Source of the DNA: Opitutaceae bacterium
GTDB taxonomy: Bacteria > Verrucomicrobiota > Verrucomicrobiia > Opitutales > Coraliomargaritaceae
NCBI GenBank assembly: GCA_051252375.1
Contig: JBPOFY010000009.1
Span: 32,001-96,000, forward strand
Reading direction: 5' to 3'
DNA length: 64,000 nucleotides
A model generated the notes under the pieces. It searched no databases, had not been told where the DNA came from, and saw nothing but the letters and a program-made list of their open reading frames with translations. Shown here in pieces: positions 1-6,876 of the stretch. The position numbers and the translations under genes were made by a program. The first letter of the stretch is position 1. Each line of letters opens with the position of its first letter.

Positions 1-1
1 G

Positions 2-163
2 GACATCGCGGCGGCCTATGCCTTGTGTGCTGCGGTGGGGCTGGAGTTTACTTTCTTTGGAGAGCGCCCGTTCCCATTGAAGCGCTTTCATCCGCAGATG
101 GATTTTAGCCCTTATTATTGCGGGACGAAAGCGTTCGCGGATGAGGTCGGTGGTTTGCTGTAA
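2..163 (+). CDS. 3' end of a gene truncated by the window edge, possibly inositol monophosphatase family
   Basis: Open frame DIAAAYALCAAVG...EVGGLL* ending in TAA at 161-163; DIAAA resembles the IMPase WDxAAG motif. Only 53 residues are visible. Confidence 0.4.
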   Translation, partial: DIAAAYALCAAVGLEFTFFGERPFPLKRFHPQMDFSPYYCGTKAFADEVGGLL

Positions 164-196
164 GCGGAGATCGTGGACTCGTTTGAGAATATATTT

Positions 197-271
197 GGTA
201 GGGACGCCTGCCCCTAGGCGTCCGCGATATTTCCCTGCGACCATGGACGTCTGAGGGCAGACGTCCCTACC
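197..271. repeat. REP doublet (REPIN), GTAG family A
   Basis: GGTAGGGACGCCTGCCCCTAGGCGTCC...GGACGTCTGAGGGCAGACGTCCCTACC: an inverted pair of hairpin units between convergent genes, with near-identical copies elsewhere in the window. Confidence 0.9.
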
Positions 272-285
272 TTTTAAAAAATCCA

Positions 286-939
286 CTAGGCGGGCTCTAG
301 CCCAAATACAGCTTTACCCAACGCGAATAGATCAGGGAAGATACCTTCTGCTGCTGTTTCGTCTGCGAGTTGCGCTTCGCTATGACTGCCGGTGGCGACG
401 AGGAAACTACGCACGCAACCGCCTTCAGCGGCGGCGAAATCGAATGGGGAGTCGCCGATGAGAATGGTTTCATCGGAGGTCGTCTCCATTAGCTCGAGCA
501 TGTGGGCGGTGAATTGAGGTTCTGGTTTGCGATAGGGTGTGTCACCAGTGCCGACGGTTTCGGTCAACCATTGATCGAAACCGAGGTGTTGGACCAACGC
601 GCGGGAGTGATCGCCGCCTTTGTTGGTGAAGACAGCCATATTATAGCCGCCCTTTGCATGCAGTGCTTCCAATAGCCAAGCCGCGCCGGGCAGGGCGAAG
701 ACACCTTCGAATAAGGTTTTCTCGAAATGCTGGAGGAATATCGGGTAGGCGGCTTCGGCAGCTTCGGCTCCCATTAAGCGTGCTAGGGTGACGTGTATGC
801 CGCCGCCGACGGTGGCGCGCACTTTTTCGTAGCTCGATTCCGTGAGTGCGAGTTCGCGCTCAGCGTATGCGATGCTGTTAGCAATGGTGGTAAAGTGGTC
901 GATGAGTGTGCCATCGAGATCGAAGAGTATGGTTTGCAT
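286..939 (-). CDS. HAD-superfamily hydrolase (phosphoglycolate phosphatase-like)
   Basis: Motif I FDLDGTLID, motif II FTNK, KPEP, motif IV GDSPFD. Confidence 0.9.
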   Translation of the reverse strand: MQTILFDLDGTLIDHFTTIANSIAYAERELALTESSYEKVRATVGGGIHVTLARLMGAEAAEAAYPIFLQHFEKTLFEGVFALPGAAWLLEALHAKGGYNMAVFTNKGGDHSRALVQHLGFDQWLTETVGTGDTPYRKPEPQFTAHMLELMETTSDETILIGDSPFDFAAAEGGCVRSFLVATGSHSEAQLADETAAEGIFPDLFALGKAVFGLEPA

Positions 940-1047
940 GTTAAATTGTGCTTTATCTAAAAGGTCCTGCGTTGCAGTCTTGCTAGTTAGAGATGGGAGG
1001 CTTTGTTTGCGTTGGCAAGCGAAGGCTTGAATTTCAATTTCATAAGT

Positions 1048-2187
1048 ATGGCGACTAACGAGGCAATACAGGCAGGCTTAAGTGCACGAGGCGATGGTTC
1101 CGCCTTGGTTCTGACGTTTTCTGGTAGTTGGATACTCGAGAGCGATCGCCCATTGGCGCGGGATTTCCTGCAAGCGAAGCATGATGCTAGCGCATTTAAG
1201 GCATTGCATTTTGAAGTCGACCAACTGGCGACTTGGGATACGGCTTTATTGATATTCGTGCGCGATGCGTGTGCTTGGGCTGAAGCAGCAGGGCTCCAAT
1301 ATCGTTTCGGTGATTTACCCGAGGGGGTGCGAAACATGATTCGCCTGTCACAAGCGGTGCCGGAAATGAAGCACCGCGAGCAACCGGAGCCCCCTGACTT
1401 TTTCACACAAGTGGGTGAAGATGCGATCCGTAGTTATCATGGAATGGATGGCTACTTTAGTTTCATCGGGCAGTTGACGATCGACCTCTTTGCATTCTTA
1501 CGCGGCAAAGCACAATTACGGTGGAAGGACTTTTTGTTTCTACTGCAGTCGACCGGACCGAAGGCTTTATTGATTGTCAGTCTGCTTAGTTTTTTGACCG
1601 GCTTGATCATCGCTTTCATCGGAGTGATTCAATTGCAGAAATTTGCGGCTGATATTTATGTCGCCGATTTGGTTGGATTGGCGGTGACGCGTGAGTTGGG
1701 CGCTGTGATGGCAGGGGTCATTATGGCGGGGCGAACTGGTGCGGCTTTTGCAGCGCAAATCGGTAGCATGCAGGTCAATGAAGAGGTCGATGCTTTAACC
1801 AGTTTCGGGATTTCACCGATGCAGTTTTTGGTGGTCCCGAGGGTGCTCGCATTGGTTTTGATGATGCCCTTGCTCTGCGCATGTGCTGACTTTGTGGCGA
1901 TACTTGGAGGTATGGTTGTGGCGGTGGCGATTTCGGATGTGAGTTTTGTTCAGTATTTCAACCAGGTCGAGCAAGCGGTGGGATTGAATGATTTACTGGT
2001 TGGAATTTTTAAGAGTGGGGTGTTTGGTTTGATCATCGCGGTGGCTGGTTGCTATCGCGGTTTAAACTGTGGTCGCGATGCGACGGCGGTCGGGCAAGCA
2101 GCGACTTCAGCTGTGGTCACTTCAATCACTTGGATTGTAATCGCTGATGCGATCTTCGCGGTTTCATTTCATATCCTGGGAATCTAA
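1048..2187 (+). CDS. MlaE/Ttg2B family ABC permease with N-terminal STAS-like domain
   Basis: RELGAVMAGVIMAGRTGAAFAAQIGSMQVNEEVDAL and AVGQAATSAVV are MlaE hallmarks. ATG 1048 is preferred over the ORF-track start at 1003. Confidence 0.92.
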   Translation: MATNEAIQAGLSARGDGSALVLTFSGSWILESDRPLARDFLQAKHDASAFKALHFEVDQLATWDTALLIFVRDACAWAEAAGLQYRFGDLPEGVRNMIRLSQAVPEMKHREQPEPPDFFTQVGEDAIRSYHGMDGYFSFIGQLTIDLFAFLRGKAQLRWKDFLFLLQSTGPKALLIVSLLSFLTGLIIAFIGVIQLQKFAADIYVADLVGLAVTRELGAVMAGVIMAGRTGAAFAAQIGSMQVNEEVDALTSFGISPMQFLVVPRVLALVLMMPLLCACADFVAILGGMVVAVAISDVSFVQYFNQVEQAVGLNDLLVGIFKSGVFGLIIAVAGCYRGLNCGRDATAVGQAATSAVVTSITWIVIADAIFAVSFHILGI

Positions 2188-2189
2188 AT

Positions 2190-2963
2190 ATGAGCGGCAC
2201 AAAAGATATGATTAAAGTCGAGGGGCTGACGATGCGTTACGGTGATTACACTGTGATGAAGTCGCTTGATTTCAATGTGCGCCGCGGTGAGGTGAAGGTC
2301 ATCATGGGCGGTAGTGGTTGCGGTAAGAGCACCTTGCTGAAGCATTTGATCGGCTTAGAGCGTGCTGCAGCTGGGCGTATTACTTATGGCGACGATGTTT
2401 TTGATCCAGATGGGCCATCGGGAGAGGCGATTCGCCGTCGCTTTGGTGTTTTGTTTCAAGGGGGTGCCTTATGGAGTTCGATGAGTGTGGCTGAAAATGT
2501 CGCACTACCATTGGAGGAATACACTGAGTTGAAGCCTGCCGAGATCAGAGAGATCGTTGAGTTCAAACTGGCGCTCGTTGGGCTGGGGGGCTTCGGTCAT
2601 CGTTATCCGTCTGAATTGAGTGGGGGGATGCGTAAGCGGGCAGGGCTGGCTAGAGCCATTGCACTCGACCCGGAAATTTTATTTTTTGATGAGCCGTCAG
2701 CCGGTTTGGATCCGTTGAGCTCGCGCCGATTGGATGATCTGATCTTAGAGCTACGCGATGCCTTGGGCGCGACTGTGGTAGTGGTCACTCATGAACTTGC
2801 CAGTATTTTTGCCATCGCGGATCGCGCATTGTTTTTGGATGCCGATACGAAGACGGCACTTTGCGACGCTAACCCGCACGACTTAATTGATGATCCCGCA
2901 GTGGATGTGAAAGTGCGGCAGTTTCTAAAAAGAGGCGAGACCGTCCCTAATGTAAACGATTGA
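2190..2963 (+). CDS. MlaF/Mkl family ABC ATP-binding protein
   Basis: Walker A GGSGCGKS, signature LSGGMRKR, Walker B FFDEPSAGLDP, H-loop VTHE. Confidence 0.95.
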   Translation: MSGTKDMIKVEGLTMRYGDYTVMKSLDFNVRRGEVKVIMGGSGCGKSTLLKHLIGLERAAAGRITYGDDVFDPDGPSGEAIRRRFGVLFQGGALWSSMSVAENVALPLEEYTELKPAEIREIVEFKLALVGLGGFGHRYPSELSGGMRKRAGLARAIALDPEILFFDEPSAGLDPLSSRRLDDLILELRDALGATVVVVTHELASIFAIADRALFLDADTKTALCDANPHDLIDDPAVDVKVRQFLKRGETVPNVND

Positions 2964-2997
2964 TCTTCCTAGCACTATTCGTCATTAACTTCCTATC

Positions 2998-4008
2998 GTG
3001 AATCGAAAGCCCAGTCCTAAAGCCATCGGCATCTTTGTTACCGCTGCCACTATTTTACTTGTAGCGATGGTGATCTTCTTTGGGTCAACCACCTTATTGA
3101 GTAAGTCCACACGCTTTATTCTTTTCTTCGATCAATCGGTGAACGGTTTAGCCGCAGGATCGCCTGTGAAATTTCGTGGTGTGCCTGTTGGTTCAGTGGA
3201 GAAGATACTCATTCGCGCAGAAGGCCAGGTCGAGGGTTCGACGGCGATTCCGGTTATCATCAAGCTAGACCGTTCTCGTTTAGAAAAAGAACTGGGTGTG
3301 CCAGCGTCTGCATTTTCGCCGGAGTCGATCCATACTTCGATTGAGCGTGGCTTGATGGCTCAGTTAAACCTAGAAAGTTTTATCACTGGTCAGTTGTTTG
3401 TGGAATTTAGTTTTGAGCCAGAAAAGCAAAAGGGCTGGAAGCCACAATTGGCAGAGGTGAATGGTATGTTGGAGATACCAACGCTCGCGTCATCTTTGGA
3501 TCAAATTACCGGTGATATCGCGCAACTGATCTCAGATGCTGGGGCGATTGATATTCCACGCTTGAACGAGAACATCAATACTGTGCTGGAAAATTTGGCT
3601 ACCGTGCTTGCTGGTATTGATTCAGAAGGCATCAGTGATTCGGTGACCTCGGCGGCCGATCAAGTCACCGCGATTGTCGGTTCTGATGACTTTAAGCAGT
3701 CAATCATCGCGATGCGTCAGGCATTTGAATTGATCGGCACCACGGCGAAAACGTTCAACCTGAAAGAAGGTCCTATGGCGGCGACCATTGAGAAGTGGAC
3801 GACGCAATATGAGCAGACATTGGCTGGCTTAGACCGCTTGATCGATGAAACGGGCAATCTCATGAGCCCGGAGTCAGACCTGCGTTATGAATTTGAAACC
3901 ACTTTGCGTGAACTGAGTCGTGCGGCTCAGTCGATTCGTTTACTTGCCGACTATTTGGAACGTAATCCCAATGCACTGCTAACCGGACGACCTGAAGATG
4001 AAAACTAA
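2998..4008 (+). CDS. MlaD/MCE (PqiB-like) protein
   Basis: N-terminal TM helix, SVNGLAAGSPVKFRGVPVGSV MCE motif, C-terminal LADYLERNPNALLTG. Confidence 0.92.
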   Translation: MNRKPSPKAIGIFVTAATILLVAMVIFFGSTTLLSKSTRFILFFDQSVNGLAAGSPVKFRGVPVGSVEKILIRAEGQVEGSTAIPVIIKLDRSRLEKELGVPASAFSPESIHTSIERGLMAQLNLESFITGQLFVEFSFEPEKQKGWKPQLAEVNGMLEIPTLASSLDQITGDIAQLISDAGAIDIPRLNENINTVLENLATVLAGIDSEGISDSVTSAADQVTAIVGSDDFKQSIIAMRQAFELIGTTAKTFNLKEGPMAATIEKWTTQYEQTLAGLDRLIDETGNLMSPESDLRYEFETTLRELSRAAQSIRLLADYLERNPNALLTGRPEDEN

Positions 4009-4594
4009 GATGCGATTATCACGACTTTATTTAATCGGCTTCTGCTTGTGCTGTTTGGGGCTCAGCAGCTGTCTGAATTTGAAACCAAAGGTTGATGATG
4101 TGAAGCTGTTTGCCTTGGGGCCGATCGATGCAGAGTCGGTGTCCGCGCGCAAGGGACGTGCGATTTATATCTCACGTCCCGATCTACCTGCTTATTTGGA
4201 TGGAAAGCGTTTACAATTTCGGAAGGACAACGGTGAAATTGACGAACTAAAGAATGCCCGCTGGGCTGAGCCACTAGAGGAGGGTATTGCTCGAGCGCTT
4301 GCGGAATATTTATTGATCAGTAGCGACCAGCAGGTGAGCGGCTTTTATCCATGGCCGATGCGCTCTAGAGATGGTTTAGAGCTACGTGTTCATTTTTATA
4401 AGCTTGGAGCACTTGCAAGCGGTGAAATTCGCATGGTCGCCAACTGGGAGCTGCGTGACAGCAAGCAAGTCGTCAAGACCGGTCAATACCAGTCTGAAGG
4501 CATCACATGGGTGCTTGGGCAAGCCGAAAGCCAAGTGGAGGGTATTAATCGTGCGCTGGCTCAGTTGGCCTTGGAGGTCTCTGCTTCGCTATAA
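3998..4594 (+). CDS. PqiC-family ABC transport auxiliary lipoprotein
   Basis: Lipobox LSSC, LPAYLD and RWAEPL motifs; last gene of the Mla/Mce operon. Confidence 0.85.
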   Translation: MKTKMRLSRLYLIGFCLCCLGLSSCLNLKPKVDDVKLFALGPIDAESVSARKGRAIYISRPDLPAYLDGKRLQFRKDNGEIDELKNARWAEPLEEGIARALAEYLLISSDQQVSGFYPWPMRSRDGLELRVHFYKLGALASGEIRMVANWELRDSKQVVKTGQYQSEGITWVLGQAESQVEGINRALAQLALEVSASL

Positions 4595-4638
4595 ATTGAT
4601 AATATTTTGAATGGATTAAAAAATCCTTCAAACGACTA

Positions 4639-4667
4639 TTGACAAGGCGGCGTTTAAAAAGAGGATT
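4639..4667 (+). promoter_or_regulatory. Putative sigma70 promoter for tRNA-His
   Basis: Perfect TTGACA at 4639-4644, about 70 nt upstream of the tRNA; the -10 element is weak (GAGGAT/AGGATT). Confidence 0.45.
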
Positions 4668-4710
4668 TGCGACTCTTCCAGTAAGGAGCTACGGTTCTTT
4701 ACATAAATAT

Positions 4711-4788
4711 GGTGGCTATAGCTCAGTTGGTTAGAGCACCGGCTTGTGGTGCCGGGGGTCGCGGGTTCGAATCCCGTTAGCCACCCCA
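4711..4788 (+). tRNA. tRNA-His (GTG)
   Basis: G-1 followed by GTGGCTA/TAGCCAC acceptor stem, anticodon arm CCGGC-TT GTG GT-GCCGG, T loop GTTCGAATC, discriminator C, encoded CCA. Confidence 0.97.
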
Positions 4789-4833
4789 TTTAACGAAGTT
4801 AAATGCAAACTACAGATGAGAACCCGCGAAGAA

Positions 4834-4920
4834 GCGGGTTTGATGCAGTGCTTTTAGGAACGGATGTTCCGTCTAGAAAAGCACGAAGATGGCGAAGCAA
4901 CCCCTTTAGCCGCCCCATTT
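4834..4920 (+). repeat. Interrupted duplicate of the tRNA-His 3' end (att-like / tRNA-linked element)
   Basis: GCGGGTTTGA (4834-4843) matches the 5' T-arm; 4899-4920 matches tRNA 4770-4791 at 19/22; a hairpin-rich ~55 nt segment separates the two parts. Confidence 0.75.
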
Positions 4921-4924
4921 TTTG

Positions 4925-4951
4925 AAGCCCTTGTGATGCAAGGGCTTTTTT
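4925..4951 (+). terminator. Rho-independent terminator after tRNA-His
   Basis: AAGCCCTTG-TGATG-CAAGGGCTT followed by a T run. Confidence 0.85.
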
Positions 4952-5055
4952 GTGCCTGCGTTCGTTTGAATAAATGGTCCTTACATACCAACAATTCAAA
5001 GGATAATAGAGCATCCTTGAAAATTGTATAACAAATCTTTATCCATTCAGTTCAA

Positions 5056-6696
5056 ATGAAGAAAACCTTAATATTCATCACGTCTCTATTCGTTTTAATA
5101 AGTGCATCGATGGGTGCTACAGGTGAACTTGAGAAAGTGAATGTCGGTGGGTATATTCTTACCGCCTACGAAAACGTCCCAGAGTCCTATGGTGGCGGAT
5201 ATTCGATGTATACGGCAATTTGGCCTTTCCTTGAAACCCACCCAGGTAAGTTCTACCAGTCCGGACTCATGGGGACGTGGATGTATGCGCAGAATGAAGG
5301 GAATCCTTCCCGGAAAATCGGCTCAGACAAAACTGGAGGAGTCGGCTATTCGACAATTGAGGGCGGCACTGGTGTGTGGCGTAGTAATCATTTTCCTACA
5401 GTAACGCCGAAGTTTCAGATGGGGGGCGTCACGCTTAACTTCAACCGCTGGGCCAATGGTCCTGGTTCTGGTAAAGGAAAGGATTGGAATAACGATCTGG
5501 GGCGATATGGCGTCGCACAACTCAGTCCGTGGCTTTTGTTTCCGCCCGATGGTCTCAATTTTAAACAGGGCACTTCCGGCGAGTATCTTGGACGTGCTTA
5601 CCTCCCGCTTCCCCTGATACCGGCGAAGGAAAAAACTGCCGGTAAAGACCTGCCAACAGGTGGTAACTGTTGGACGCTCTTCTTTAACTCGAAAAACTTC
5701 AAGGGCCCAGTTGCTTTTTTTACGCCTTATTATTTCTCTCAGGAAACACTGGAGCATCCGCATCTGAGTGGGAAATTCCTCGATTCTCGTCCAAGTCGCT
5801 CGAACCGGCAGGTGCAGATGGAGACTCAATATTTACCAGCTAGGCGGGCCTATGATAGTAAGGGCGAACTCTATGCGCGCACAACTGTGATGCAGTTTCC
5901 GAGAAACGCGGATACCAACAGCATCCTCATCCACCAGAATAGCTGCTATGATAAATCCGCGCTGTGGGACAAGGTCGATGCTTGGTTTAACGGCGGACCC
6001 GTCGCCAGTGGCGAGTTTATCGATACTGGGAGGTATGTCTGCAAGTTGAAGGACGAGTCCTATGGTGCCGCTTGGAGAATTTTTTCGGGTGAGGGGAAGG
6101 CGAAACAAAAGGTGCCGATTGAGATCAAGAGCTTTATGCGACCAATCCGCTTGGACGAGGTTACCTATGCGATGGAGTGGGACGAGAGTATGGTAGAAAT
6201 GAGTGAGGATTATGTGAAACTGCCCCAGTATTACCATCTGCGCGGTGAAGGCAAAGAGGCGATGTGGTTTGCAGTGAAGAAGGACGCCGTGCCGGAGGAG
6301 ACCGGATTGCATGCACTCACAGCGAAAGATTTTAATGATGACAAAAACGACTCCTCACCTCACACAACACCAACGGATCCAGAAAGCTGCTGGAAATCGC
6401 CTGGACCTTCATCAGGTCCGTTCGAAGCTCGTTTAGGGGATGGTAGTCTCGTGACCTACTACTGGTATAAGTTCTGTGACCAGCCAGCCCTGCTCAATGC
6501 CGATCTTAGTTCGCAAGAGCGGGAAGAACTGCAACGGAAGGTCGAGCTACTTCATCGTCACTGGAAAAAGGACCAAGAGTATCTCGCTCCGCAGAATCTC
6601 GGTGAGCTGGTAGAGTTCGATCCGGCACTCATCGTAACACCTCCTGCAGGCATGGAAGTTGGTTACGTGCCAATCGCAACTAAGCAGAGTATGTGA
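5056..6696 (+). CDS. Secreted protein of unknown function (546 aa)
   Basis: Long ORF with signal peptide MKKTLIFITSLFVLISASMGA; rich in Trp, Tyr and Gly; no family recognised. Confidence 0.8.
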   Translation: MKKTLIFITSLFVLISASMGATGELEKVNVGGYILTAYENVPESYGGGYSMYTAIWPFLETHPGKFYQSGLMGTWMYAQNEGNPSRKIGSDKTGGVGYSTIEGGTGVWRSNHFPTVTPKFQMGGVTLNFNRWANGPGSGKGKDWNNDLGRYGVAQLSPWLLFPPDGLNFKQGTSGEYLGRAYLPLPLIPAKEKTAGKDLPTGGNCWTLFFNSKNFKGPVAFFTPYYFSQETLEHPHLSGKFLDSRPSRSNRQVQMETQYLPARRAYDSKGELYARTTVMQFPRNADTNSILIHQNSCYDKSALWDKVDAWFNGGPVASGEFIDTGRYVCKLKDESYGAAWRIFSGEGKAKQKVPIEIKSFMRPIRLDEVTYAMEWDESMVEMSEDYVKLPQYYHLRGEGKEAMWFAVKKDAVPEETGLHALTAKDFNDDKNDSSPHTTPTDPESCWKSPGPSSGPFEARLGDGSLVTYYWYKFCDQPALLNADLSSQEREELQRKVELLHRHWKKDQEYLAPQNLGELVEFDPALIVTPPAGMEVGYVPIATKQSM

Positions 6697-6766
6697 ACCC
6701 CATCGAGGAACAGTGGCAATAGGTAGGGATCTAGTTTATAAGCTGAAAGGCAAGGTCTGATGGAAT

Positions 6767-6861
6767 TGGAGAGCAATGCTCCGTCATTGCCGTTCGTCAG
6801 AGGTGCTCGAGATCGCCTAGCGTAAGTCATACGTGCGGAAACGACGGAGCGTTTCCCTCCA
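6767..6861. repeat. REP-like doublet, TGGAG-type family B
   Basis: TGGAGAGCAATGCTCCGTCATTGCCG and an inverted TGGAGGGAAACGCTCCGTCGTTTCCG; each forms a hairpin with loop CTCCGT; lies between convergent genes. Confidence 0.75.
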
Positions 6862-6876
6862 GTGCGCTATCGCTTT

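Noticed and set aside
1048..4594. Mla/Mce operon as a novel system
   Set aside because: Standard MlaE-MlaF-MlaD-PqiC arrangement, widespread in diderm bacteria.
4799..5014. 71-aa minus-strand ORF next to the tRNA
   Set aside because: It is the antisense reading of the tRNA 3' duplicate and terminator, with no coding features.
6722..6731. GGTAGGGA fragment resembling the family A REP end (a similar GGTAGGG occurs near 63631)
   Set aside because: Only 7-8 nt match and no hairpin follows; indistinguishable from chance.
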